Program-made: the position numbers and the translations under genes
From: an uncultured Clostridia bacterium
GTDB taxonomy: Bacteria > Bacillota > Clostridia > Christensenellales > UBA1242
Assembly: GCA_944381155.1 (NCBI GenBank)
Contig: CALWKA010000003.1
Span: 3,530-67,529 of the forward strand
Length of the DNA stretch: 64,000 nt
Reading direction: 5' to 3'
Shown: positions 18,972-27,723 of the stretch, in pieces
Layout of the letters: each line of letters starts with the position of its first letter
Position numbering within the stretch: position 1 is the stretch's first letter
Notes under the pieces: generated by a model
Database searches by the model: none
What the model saw: only the letters and a program-made list of their open reading frames with translations
What the model was told of the DNA's origin: nothing

Positions 18972-20388
18972 ACAATTTGTAAATGATTTGGCAGATATCA
19001 AAACAAATTTTGCACAGTGGTATACAGATGTTATTTTGAAAACGGATATGGTTGATTATGGTCCTGTGAAAGGCACTATGGTTATCAAACCTTATGGTTA
19101 TGCAATATGGGAAAATATTCAACATTATTTGGATAAAGAATTCAAAAAGCGCGGAGTTCAAAATGCCTATTTCCCGCTTTTGATACCAGAAAGTTATCTG
19201 AAAAAAGAAGCTGAACATGTTGAAGGATTTGCTCCTGAAGTTGCAGTTGTGACATATGCGGGCGGAGAAGAATTGAGTGAAAAATTAATTATTCGCCCGA
19301 CTAGTGAAACTATTATTTGTGCGATGTACGCCAAATGGATAAAATCATATCGCGATCTTCCAATGAAAATGAATCAATGGTGTAATGTGATGAGATGGGA
19401 AAAAACTACTCGTCCATTTTTGCGCACTAGTGAATTTTTGTGGCAAGAAGGTCACACTGTACAAGCGACTAATGAAGACGCTGAAAAAGATGTTCAAGAA
19501 ATGTTAAAAGTGTATACTGATTGTTTAAGAAATCTTATGGCTATCCCTACGCTTACAGGCAAAAAGACTGAAAAAGAAAAATTTGCAGGAGCGGTGGCAA
19601 CATACGGTATGGAAGCGCTGATGAAAGACGGAAAATGTCTTCAAGCTGGCACGACGCATAATTTAGGGCAAAATTTTGCAAAAGCAAGTAATATTCGATT
19701 TTTGAATAAAAATGGTGAGTTGGAATATGGGTATTCGACAAGTTGGGGAGTCAGCACAAGATTAATAGGGGCATTAGTTATGGTGCACGGAGATGAGCGC
19801 GGACTTCGCCTTCCACCAAACATAGCACCAATTCAAGCGGTGATTGTGCCTATTGCTAATCATAAATCTGGCGTCAATGAAAAGTGCGAAGAAATATTCA
19901 AAAAATTAACAAAGGCAGAGATAAGAGTTAAATTAGACAATTCGGACAACACTCCTGGTTGGAAATTCAACGAATATGAGATGAAAGGAGTGCCTGTCCG
20001 TCTAGAGATTGGTCCAAGAGATATTGAAAATAATGTTTTGACAGCAGTTAGGCGAGACACTCACGAAAAAACACAATTGAATTTGGATAATATTGAGAAA
20101 GAGTTAAAAGATTTGTTGCAGGATATTCAGTCAAATATGCTAACGCAAGCTGAAGAAAATTTGAAATCATCAATTATTGAAACAGATGATTTTGATACGC
20201 TTGTCGATTCGATAAATAACGGCAAAGTTGCGTTGGCATATCATTGTGGAGATATTGCCTGCGAAGAAGAAATTCAACAAAATACCGCAATAAAGACACG
20301 GGTCATTGAAAGTTATGATAAAAATCATACCTGCGTTTATTGCAAAAAACCTAGCAAATATAGAGTCTATTTTGGAAAACAATATTAG
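18961..20388 (+). CDS. proS: proline--tRNA ligase (archaeal/eukaryote-like type)
   Basis: Class II motifs; no bacterial INS editing domain; C-terminal Zn-binding-like domain ending in Y. ATG 18961 follows a GGTGAGG SD and overlaps the xseB end. Confidence 0.9.
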   Translation: MMNKQFVNDLADIKTNFAQWYTDVILKTDMVDYGPVKGTMVIKPYGYAIWENIQHYLDKEFKKRGVQNAYFPLLIPESYLKKEAEHVEGFAPEVAVVTYAGGEELSEKLIIRPTSETIICAMYAKWIKSYRDLPMKMNQWCNVMRWEKTTRPFLRTSEFLWQEGHTVQATNEDAEKDVQEMLKVYTDCLRNLMAIPTLTGKKTEKEKFAGAVATYGMEALMKDGKCLQAGTTHNLGQNFAKASNIRFLNKNGELEYGYSTSWGVSTRLIGALVMVHGDERGLRLPPNIAPIQAVIVPIANHKSGVNEKCEEIFKKLTKAEIRVKLDNSDNTPGWKFNEYEMKGVPVRLEIGPRDIENNVLTAVRRDTHEKTQLNLDNIEKELKDLLQDIQSNMLTQAEENLKSSIIETDDFDTLVDSINNGKVALAYHCGDIACEEEIQQNTAIKTRVIESYDKNHTCVYCKKPSKYRVYFGKQY

Positions 20389-20506
20389 AATATTTAGATG
20401 ATTTTAAGACATATCATATAAATTTTAACTTTTTTTATATTTTTGAAATAATTAGATAGTTTTTAGCATATATAATAATAAAATAGAGTAAAAAATTGAA
20501 AATCTA

Positions 20507-20535
20507 TTGAATTATTGAATATTTTATGTTAAAAT
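20507..20535 (+). promoter_or_regulatory. sigma-A promoter (leaderless or very short leader) for the 20546 gene
   Basis: TTGAAT (20507-20512), 17-nt spacer, TGtTAAAAT (TAAAAT 20530-20535); the ATG lies 10 nt downstream with no SD. Confidence 0.5.
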
Positions 20536-20545
20536 ATGTTAGCTT

Positions 20546-21259
20546 ATGAAGAATTTGATACGGAAATTTAGAGAAATTCCAGAATCTAAAAAAATTATTG
20601 TATACGGCAAGTTGGCTTTTTTGAAAAACTTGTTTTACTTTTTATTCAAAATTATAGTCGGAATAGTTTTCAAATCGTGGTTCCTTATCGCGATTGCTAT
20701 ATATAGCTTATTTATCGGCTATGTTAAAGATAATTGTTCACGCGGACTTTTGAAAAATAAAGATAACAAAAAAGATATTCACTCGTATATTCGAGGTGGT
20801 GTAGTACTATCAGTTTCAAGTGTATTTTATATTATATATATGGTGTTCCAGATTTACTATCCGTCCAACTTCCAATATAATTTGATCATTGCAATTGCAA
20901 TCGCGGCATTCGCTACTTATAGTATTGCTATGTCAATCGTGGGCATAGTGCGGGTAAAAGGTAAATCTATGCTAATCAAAGAGTATAAATTCACAAATTT
21001 TGCTACCGCATTCAACAATATAGTGTTGACACAAATCGCACTATTATCTGTGGCTTCTGCTAGTGAAAATATAGCGATATATAATGGACTTATTGGCATT
21101 ATCGTTGGTATATTGATTTTAGGAATAGGGTTATATTTGACGATAGATGGGCTAATCAAAAGACACAAATATTATGAGATAGTGAAGCGCCAGCCTGATA
21201 TTTTAAAATATATAAAACCTGAAACGCGCGTGCAAAACAAAACGGACATATTATTTTAG
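20546..21259 (+). CDS. polytopic membrane protein, unknown function
   Basis: 237-aa ORF with about 6 hydrophobic helices, own promoter and terminator; no motif I recognise. Confidence 0.6.
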   Translation: MKNLIRKFREIPESKKIIVYGKLAFLKNLFYFLFKIIVGIVFKSWFLIAIAIYSLFIGYVKDNCSRGLLKNKDNKKDIHSYIRGGVVLSVSSVFYIIYMVFQIYYPSNFQYNLIIAIAIAAFATYSIAMSIVGIVRVKGKSMLIKEYKFTNFATAFNNIVLTQIALLSVASASENIAIYNGLIGIIVGILILGIGLYLTIDGLIKRHKYYEIVKRQPDILKYIKPETRVQNKTDILF

Positions 21260-21269
21260 TCCGTTTTTT
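21238..21269 (+). terminator. rho-independent terminator
   Basis: AACGGAC (21241-21247) pairs with GTCCGTT (21259-21265), then a T run; overlaps the stop codon at 21257-21259. Confidence 0.7.
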
Positions 21270-21509
21270 GTATAAAATTTTTTTATTTTATAATATAGTT
21301 TTTATTTCTAAAATTTTTATTTGATTAGAATATCAATAACAAAAAATTTAAGATAAGAAACAGTTTTATCTAATTTGCTAAAGCATATTATAATTATATT
21401 AAATTAGTTTGGCGTAAAATCGGTAGTAAAGTTAGGAAAATAATTTTTGCATATATAATTTTGATTATTGATATTAATAATAAAATTCTATTCACTTTTT
21501 GTTAAATAA

Positions 21510-21550
21510 TAAAAAACGCCCATTATATTATTCTGAATATAGTATGGCGT
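21510..21550 (-). terminator. terminator downstream of tRNA-Glu
   Basis: On the minus strand ACGCCAT...ATGGGCGT is followed by TTTTTT; large loop and one bulge. Confidence 0.45.
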
Positions 21551-21581
21551 ATGCGTATAATTCACAAGATATTGTATGTTT

Positions 21582-21656
21582 TGGTAGTCCTATGGGGAAT
21601 CGAACCCCAGTCTTAGCCGTGAGAGGGCCACGTCCTAACCTCTAGACTATAGGACC
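21582..21656 (-). tRNA. tRNA-Glu (anticodon CUC)
   Basis: Hand-folded cloverleaf of GGTCCTATAGTCTAGAGGTTAGGACGTGGCCCTCTCACGGCTAAGACTGGGGTTCGATTCCCCATAGGACTACCA. Anticodon loop CTCTCAC, GTTCGATTC T-loop, encoded CCA. Confidence 0.88.
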
Positions 21657-21667
21657 ATTACTTGTTT

Positions 21668-21696
21668 ATTTTATCATAAATAATTGATATTTTCAA
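21668..21696 (-). promoter_or_regulatory. sigma-A promoter of tRNA-Glu
   Basis: On the minus strand TTGAAA, 17-nt spacer, TAAAAT; ends 11 nt before the tRNA 5' end. Confidence 0.55.
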
Positions 21697-21726
21697 GTAT
21701 ATTTAGTTAATTTATTGAAAATTTTA

Positions 21727-21735
21727 TGTTATAAT
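21727..21735 (+). promoter_or_regulatory. extended -10 promoter for comEC (leaderless candidate)
   Basis: TGtTATAAT (TATAAT 21730-21735); ATG 21743 lies 7 nt downstream with no SD; weak -35 (TTAATT). Confidence 0.4.
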
Positions 21736-21742
21736 TTTTTTA

Positions 21743-23254
21743 ATGAAGTCGCGATGGTTTAATTATCGACCATTATGTATAGTTTTTGTTTTCCTATTGT
21801 TAGGATCTGTTTTTGTATTTTATTTATCAGATTATAGAATTTTATCAATCATAACTACAATAATTATTTTTGTGTTTTTACTTATTTTGACGATCATTAG
21901 AAAGAAGATAAAATATATTTTGATTCCATTGATTTCTTTTATTGTTGGTGCAATTTTATATTATAGTTCAGTTTCGTCATTTCAAAAAGAAATTGAAATT
22001 CCAAATTCAATTCAAGCTAGAATTTATAATGTCAATTCAATTGAAGATGGAAGAATTAAAGTATATGCTGACAGTTGCATATTCGACGGGGTGGAGATAA
22101 ATGAAAATTTGATAATCTATGTTTATGATAGTTCAAATTTATTTGAAAATATTGAAATTGGTAGCCTAATCAGCTTTTCGCCTAGCAACTTTTATCAAAC
22201 AGATTTATTTTATTATGGCACGCCTAATGCTAGTTATTATCTTAAAGGATTGAAGTATAGTGCAACTGCAAATGCTAGTGAAATAAACTACCTTGAAACA
22301 GACGAAACTTTTGCCGAAAAACTAAAACAATATGTGAAAGATAATTTGAGAGGAAGTTTGACGAATGAAAATGTTGAGATTGCGTATTCATCTTTGTTTG
22401 GTGAAATCGAACTTTTGTCGGATAGTCAATATAATGCATACAAATTGTCTGGCGTGGCGCACTTGCTAGCCGTGTCTGGAATGCATGTAGTAATTATAGT
22501 AGGAATTTTAAATAAAATATTAGATTTTTTGAGAATAAAAAATTGGCCACGAATCATAATAGTTTCAATTTTATTGTTATTTTATATGTATATATGCAAC
22601 TTTGCAGTATCAATCATTAGAGCCACAATAATGTCTATAGTAATGCTATTAGCACCTAAATTTTTCAGAGAATATGACACTTTATCTTCAATTGCGTTGT
22701 CTGGAATCATTATATATTTAATTAATCCATTGACCGCATTTGACCCTGGATTTTTGATGAGTTTTGCCTGTGTGATCGGAATTGCCACATTAAATAAACC
22801 GATTGCAAGCGCATTGAGTCATTGCAAAATGCCAAAATGGTTGATTGATAGCATATCAATCAGTGCATCAACAATGATATCCTTAATATTTATTATGGCA
22901 CACTTCTTCAATACTCTGAACGCTATATCATTAATAGCCAATTTGATTTTGATACCAATTTTCACTTTTGCTTTCATTGCAGTATTTATTGTTTCAATTA
23001 TTGGATTGATTTTGCCATTTATCACAATTATATTATATCCAATCAATTATGTGTTTGACTTTATCAATATTGTGGCAACAATTTTAGGGAATTTGCCAAT
23101 ATCCAATTTTTCCACTGTTTCATTTAGTTATATAGCAATTTTGTTGTATGCAATGTTATTGCTCATATTGAGTAGAGTTTGCGTAGCGAATCGAACGACA
23201 AAAGTAATATTATCTTTGCCAACAGTTGCATTGTTGGTGGTATGTTTGGTATAA
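21743..23254 (+). CDS. comEC: ComEC/Rec2 DNA internalisation channel, short form without the C-terminal metallo-beta-lactamase domain
   Basis: N-terminal OB/DUF4131-like region plus a competence domain (GVAHLLAVSGMHV); 503 aa versus about 770 aa in B. subtilis; followed by holA as in Bacillus. Confidence 0.85.
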   Translation: MKSRWFNYRPLCIVFVFLLLGSVFVFYLSDYRILSIITTIIIFVFLLILTIIRKKIKYILIPLISFIVGAILYYSSVSSFQKEIEIPNSIQARIYNVNSIEDGRIKVYADSCIFDGVEINENLIIYVYDSSNLFENIEIGSLISFSPSNFYQTDLFYYGTPNASYYLKGLKYSATANASEINYLETDETFAEKLKQYVKDNLRGSLTNENVEIAYSSLFGEIELLSDSQYNAYKLSGVAHLLAVSGMHVVIIVGILNKILDFLRIKNWPRIIIVSILLLFYMYICNFAVSIIRATIMSIVMLLAPKFFREYDTLSSIALSGIIIYLINPLTAFDPGFLMSFACVIGIATLNKPIASALSHCKMPKWLIDSISISASTMISLIFIMAHFFNTLNAISLIANLILIPIFTFAFIAVFIVSIIGLILPFITIILYPINYVFDFINIVATILGNLPISNFSTVSFSYIAILLYAMLLLILSRVCVANRTTKVILSLPTVALLVVCLV

Positions 23255-23255
23255 T
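23226..23255 (+). promoter_or_regulatory. sigma-A promoter for holA inside the comEC 3' end (leaderless candidate)
   Basis: TTGCAT (23226-23231), 18-nt spacer, TGgTATAAT (TATAAT 23250-23255); ATG 23262 lies 6 nt downstream with no SD. Confidence 0.5.
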
Positions 23256-23261
23256 ATATAT

Positions 23262-24182
23262 ATGAAATTTATAGAATTGAACAAAAGTTTGAAAACAAAA
23301 ATTGAAAGCGTCTACAAAATTGTAGGAGACGATGTATTTTTGATACGCCAAACGATTATAAACTTGAAAAAGCATTTAATAAAAGCGTTTGAAGAATTTA
23401 ATTTCGTCAAACTAGATGCAGAAAAGATGAAAACGGACGAGATTGAAGCAAATTTAATGACTCTTCCAATAAATAATGATTATAGATTAGTTGTGATAGT
23501 CAATCCAAACAATGAAATATGTAAATATATTAATAATTTTGATTTTTCTGATAGTTCGACTGTGGTGCTAGCCATTGGAGCGGATAAAATTACGGTAGGG
23601 CAGATAATCGACTGCTCAAAGTTGGATAGAAAAGATCTTAATAATTATATATTGAATTATCTTGCAAAATTGAATCTATCTATACACGAGCAGGCGTTAG
23701 ATTATTTAGTGGAAGCGTGCTCATCTGATACTGCAAAAATCAATAATGAATTAAACAAAATAGTTTCATATTCATTAGGTGAAAATATAAATGTAATAGA
23801 TTTAGATTTGGTCACTAATTTAATTTCATATACAAATGAATATGTAATTTATATGCTCACGAACGCGATAGACAATAAAGATTATACAAAATATCAGACA
23901 ATCATCAATCAAATGAATAAATCGCAATCAGCTTCCGAGATATTTTCATATTTAGGAAAATACTTTAGAAGGATGCAATATATTTCAATAGACAAAAAAG
24001 ATGATGAATTGACAAAGATATTGAACATCAAACCTTATGCAGTGAAAATGGCTAGACAATCAATATCAAAAAATGGAATAAAATACTATATTAATTTATA
24101 TCAAAAATATGTAAATTTAGATTACAAAATAAAGTCGGGAGAGATTAGCGCAAAGAATGCACTACAAGAATTGATATTTTAA
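23262..24182 (+). CDS. holA: DNA polymerase III delta subunit
   Basis: 306 aa; position between comEC and rpsT as in Bacillus; delta-like N-terminal region (Y...G.D.FL). Confidence 0.8.
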   Translation: MKFIELNKSLKTKIESVYKIVGDDVFLIRQTIINLKKHLIKAFEEFNFVKLDAEKMKTDEIEANLMTLPINNDYRLVVIVNPNNEICKYINNFDFSDSSTVVLAIGADKITVGQIIDCSKLDRKDLNNYILNYLAKLNLSIHEQALDYLVEACSSDTAKINNELNKIVSYSLGENINVIDLDLVTNLISYTNEYVIYMLTNAIDNKDYTKYQTIINQMNKSQSASEIFSYLGKYFRRMQYISIDKKDDELTKILNIKPYAVKMARQSISKNGIKYYINLYQKYVNLDYKIKSGEISAKNALQELIF

Positions 24183-24185
24183 TAT

Positions 24186-24214
24186 TTGCAAATTTTATTA
24201 ATAGTTGGTATAAT
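24186..24214 (+). promoter_or_regulatory. sigma-A promoter (leaderless candidate) for the YgjP-like gene
   Basis: TTGCAA (24186-24191), 17-nt spacer, TGgTATAAT (TATAAT 24209-24214); ATG 24222 lies 7 nt downstream with no SD. Confidence 0.55.
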
Positions 24215-24221
24215 AATAACT

Positions 24222-24893
24222 ATGTTTGTAAATACTTTACTCGAACCAAAAGAAATAATTTATTCAAAGCGCAGGACAATATCTTTAATTATCAATTCAA
24301 ATGGCGAACTCATAGTGCGCGCGCCTAAAAGTTGCCCAATGCAAAAAATCGAAAAATTTATTAATGAAAAATCAGATTGGATCATCAGAAAAAAAAGATA
24401 TTTTTCCGAACATAATTTTTATAAACCGATTGAATTTAAGGGTGAAGAACATATTTATTTGCTAGGAGAAAAATATAATATAGTTTTGTCAGATTCTGCA
24501 AGAGTGAAGGTCAATGGATATAAATTAGAACTGCCCAGACTCAACGCAAAGACCAGGTTATTACATTTTTTGTCGAGGACGGCGAAAAAATACATTTCAA
24601 AACGCGTGGACTATATAGCGAATCTTTTCAAGTTTGAATATAAAAGTATAACTATCACATCGGCGCATACTCGGTGGGGGTCGTGCAGTTTTAGCAATAA
24701 GTTGAATTTTACATACAAACTTATAATGTGTCCAAAAGAAGTGATAGATTATATAATTGTTCACGAGTTGTGCCACACAGTCGAAAAGAATCATAGCAAA
24801 AATTTTTGGAACAAGGTTAAAACAATTTTGCCTAACTATAAGACATACGAAAAATGGTTAAAAGATAATCGTGGAATAATTAATGTAATATAA
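24222..24893 (+). CDS. YgjP-like metal-dependent hydrolase (DUF45/M48 superfamily)
   Basis: WGSC...L.FTYKL and HELCH (HExxH) motifs typical of the DUF45 family. Confidence 0.75.
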   Translation: MFVNTLLEPKEIIYSKRRTISLIINSNGELIVRAPKSCPMQKIEKFINEKSDWIIRKKRYFSEHNFYKPIEFKGEEHIYLLGEKYNIVLSDSARVKVNGYKLELPRLNAKTRLLHFLSRTAKKYISKRVDYIANLFKFEYKSITITSAHTRWGSCSFSNKLNFTYKLIMCPKEVIDYIIVHELCHTVEKNHSKNFWNKVKTILPNYKTYEKWLKDNRGIINVI

Positions 24894-24940
24894 AAAATGC
24901 TAGTAAAATACTAGCAAATTTTTATGAAAACAAATATAGA

Positions 24941-25201
24941 TTATTTATTGCTAGAATATGAACTTAATCTAGCTTTTTTTCTATTAGCAGTTGCTTTTTG
25001 CAAAATTCCCTTTGAAACAGCAGAATCAATCAATGAAAAAGTTTCATTAAGCAATTTTGACGCATTTTCACTTTCGTTATTATCAACAGCAGTTTTATAT
25101 TTCTTTACATAAGTAGCAATCTTTGATTTATAAGATTTATTTTCTAATGTTTGTCTGTCAATAACTTCTATACGCTTTTTAGCTGATTTAATATTAGCCA
25201 T
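24941..25201 (-). CDS. rpsT: 30S ribosomal protein S20
   Basis: MANIKSAKKRIEV... N-terminus; GGAGG SD. The ORF-track extension to 25252 is discarded. Confidence 0.93.
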   Translation of the reverse strand: MANIKSAKKRIEVIDRQTLENKSYKSKIATYVKKYKTAVDNNESENASKLLNETFSLIDSAVSKGILQKATANRKKARLSSYSSNK

Positions 25202-25291
25202 ACAAACCTCCATTTCATTTGATAGTATAACAAATATTAGATAAAATTGCAAGTGCTTTCACAATATTTTTACAAAATCATAAATTATTAT

Positions 25292-25963
25292 ATGTTGAAA
25301 AAGTTGAAACCAACTATTGCTATACTAGATAGCGGGATAGGTGGTATTAGTATTTTGCAAAGTTTAATTGATAAATACAAGTCGGGTAATTACATATATT
25401 TTGCGGATAATTTATATATGCCGTATGGTAACAAGCTCAAAAAATTTTTGAAAAAACGCGTAGAAGCAATTATTCAAAAATTAATTGAAAAATACAATGC
25501 GGATATGGTGATAGTTGCTTGCAACACTGCTTCAAGTTTGATTGATGAAAATAAATATAAGAATGTTTTAACTATGAGATTCAATCCTAATATACATTGC
25601 TTTGCCACTAAACTTACGAAAAAGATGTTGGATAGAGATAATGTCATAGCAGATGCCACGCTAGCTACTCAAATAGAGAAAAATATATTTGATAAAAACA
25701 AATTGGATAGACTTATTAAATCGCATATTAATAAATATAAATTAAATGAATTAGACCGCTTTGTGTTAGGCTGTACGCATTACGAATTGGTGATAGATAT
25801 ATTCAAAAAATATTGTCCTAATACTGAAATTATTAAAAACAGCAATTATATTTTGAAATACATAAATTATTTTCCAAATACGACAGATTTGACAATTTTA
25901 TTTTTACAATCGAAAAATAGCGAAAGTTATCTGAACAAATTAAATAAATTAATAAGGAGATAG
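25292..25963 (+). CDS. murI: glutamate racemase
   Basis: DSGIGGISIL, ACNTAS and GCTHY catalytic-Cys motifs; short (223 aa). Confidence 0.8.
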   Translation: MLKKLKPTIAILDSGIGGISILQSLIDKYKSGNYIYFADNLYMPYGNKLKKFLKKRVEAIIQKLIEKYNADMVIVACNTASSLIDENKYKNVLTMRFNPNIHCFATKLTKKMLDRDNVIADATLATQIEKNIFDKNKLDRLIKSHINKYKLNELDRFVLGCTHYELVIDIFKKYCPNTEIIKNSNYILKYINYFPNTTDLTILFLQSKNSESYLNKLNKLIRR

Positions 25964-25965
25964 TT

Positions 25966-27648
25966 ATGTGTGGTATATATGGATACATTGGGAAAAATGA
26001 TGCGTATCAAGAAGTTTTGTGCGGGCTGACCTGCCTTCAATACAGAGGATATGATTCGTGTGGAATAGCATATTTTGATGATGGATTCAAAATTAATAAG
26101 GCAATAGGTACGCTTGATAATTTACCACAATGTAGTGAAGTAGTATCAAACATTGCTTTTGGTCATACGCGCTGGGCAACTAATGGGGAAGTGAATATCA
26201 ACAATACTCATCCGCATATTTCTTTTGATAAAGAGTTTGTGCTAGTGCATAATGGTATAATAAAAAATGCGGATACAATAAAACGCGAATTAATAGATAA
26301 GGGAATACCATTTTATTCAGATACGGATACGGAAGTAATTGCAAATCTTTTGTCAACATTAACTGGCAGAATAGAAAAACGGATAGAAAGATTGTATAAA
26401 TTGTTGGAAGGTAGTTTTTCATTGATTATAGGGCACAAGAGCGGTAAAATATATTTGATTAAAAGATTTAGCCCTTTAAACATATTGAAATCGGATGACG
26501 GAATATACATTTCTAGCGATGTTTCAAGTTTAAAAGACGGACTTTTGTACACATTGAAAGATAACGACATTATTATGATAGAAAAAAACGAAATTATAGC
26601 CCTTTCAAACACTAAAATCAATTTTAAAATCCACGAAAACAAAATCAAAGAGTTTACGATGGGTAAATTCAAACATTATATGTTAAAAGAGATATTTGAT
26701 ACGCCAAAAGGTATTGAAAATACATATTATTATCTTGAAAAGCAAAATATACGCAAGATATTTAAACATTTCAGTGAATTTACACTATTAGGTTGCGGTA
26801 CTGCGTATCACTCTTGTTTGATAGGAGAAATATATTTATCTAAAATCGTTAGATACAAAGTGAATAGTTGTTTGGCTTCAAATTGTGAAATATCAAAAAA
26901 GATTAAAAGAAATCATTTGCATATTATAGTCAGTCAGAGTGGAGAAACAGCGGATTGCATAAAGGTGGCGGAACAAATAAAAAAACATAATGGGAAAATA
27001 CTTTTGATCACAAATGAGCCTTCGAGCACAATGGCGCGTATGGCAGATTATAAAATTATTACAAAAGCGGGGAAAGAACTCGCAGTGGCTAGTACAAAGA
27101 CATATTGCACTCAAGTTTTTGTATTTGCATACATTTCGCAACTTATTTTAAACAAGCGATTTAGATTGGATATTCAAAAGTTAAAAAATGATTTAGATAA
27201 GTATATTGCAAAAATTAAAGTTAATTCATTAGTAAATAAATTGAAAGATAAAGATAAATTGATTTTAATAGGCAAGGATATTGATTATGCACTATTGTTG
27301 GAAGCGAGTTTGAAAATAAGAGAGATAGACTATATCTATACAATACCAATGTATGCGGGAGAATTAAAGCACGGCACGCTATCTTTGATTGATAAAGATA
27401 GCATAGTACTATCGCTAAACACTTCGAATGACAAAACTAAATTAGATATTGTTAAAAACGAAATTAATTCAAGGGGTGGGGAAGTGGTAGCGGTTGACGA
27501 ATTGATTGATATGTCGAAGTTTAACCAATACTTCAAGCCGATATTTGCTATAATTCCATTTCAACTAATTAGTTATTATATTGCCCTGAAAAAAGGGTTA
27601 AATCCAGATATGCCTAGAAATTTAGCAAAAAGCGTGACAGTTGAATAG
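25966..27648 (+). CDS. glmS: glutamine--fructose-6-phosphate aminotransferase
   Basis: MCGI N-terminal nucleophile, two SIS domains, C-terminal KSVTVE; SD AAGGAG. There is no room for a glmS ribozyme (3-nt gap after murI). Confidence 0.92.
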   Translation: MCGIYGYIGKNDAYQEVLCGLTCLQYRGYDSCGIAYFDDGFKINKAIGTLDNLPQCSEVVSNIAFGHTRWATNGEVNINNTHPHISFDKEFVLVHNGIIKNADTIKRELIDKGIPFYSDTDTEVIANLLSTLTGRIEKRIERLYKLLEGSFSLIIGHKSGKIYLIKRFSPLNILKSDDGIYISSDVSSLKDGLLYTLKDNDIIMIEKNEIIALSNTKINFKIHENKIKEFTMGKFKHYMLKEIFDTPKGIENTYYYLEKQNIRKIFKHFSEFTLLGCGTAYHSCLIGEIYLSKIVRYKVNSCLASNCEISKKIKRNHLHIIVSQSGETADCIKVAEQIKKHNGKILLITNEPSSTMARMADYKIITKAGKELAVASTKTYCTQVFVFAYISQLILNKRFRLDIQKLKNDLDKYIAKIKVNSLVNKLKDKDKLILIGKDIDYALLLEASLKIREIDYIYTIPMYAGELKHGTLSLIDKDSIVLSLNTSNDKTKLDIVKNEINSRGGEVVAVDELIDMSKFNQYFKPIFAIIPFQLISYYIALKKGLNPDMPRNLAKSVTVE

Positions 27649-27723
27649 TAAAGCATTTATGTATAGTTTAAAATTAATTTTATTTTAGATTGCAAAATTT
27701 AGTATATAATAAAAGTTTTAGTT

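Noticed and set aside
25900-25966. Searched for a glmS ribozyme upstream of glmS
   Set aside because: glmS starts 3 nt after the murI stop with an ordinary SD. There is no room for the roughly 170-nt ribozyme.
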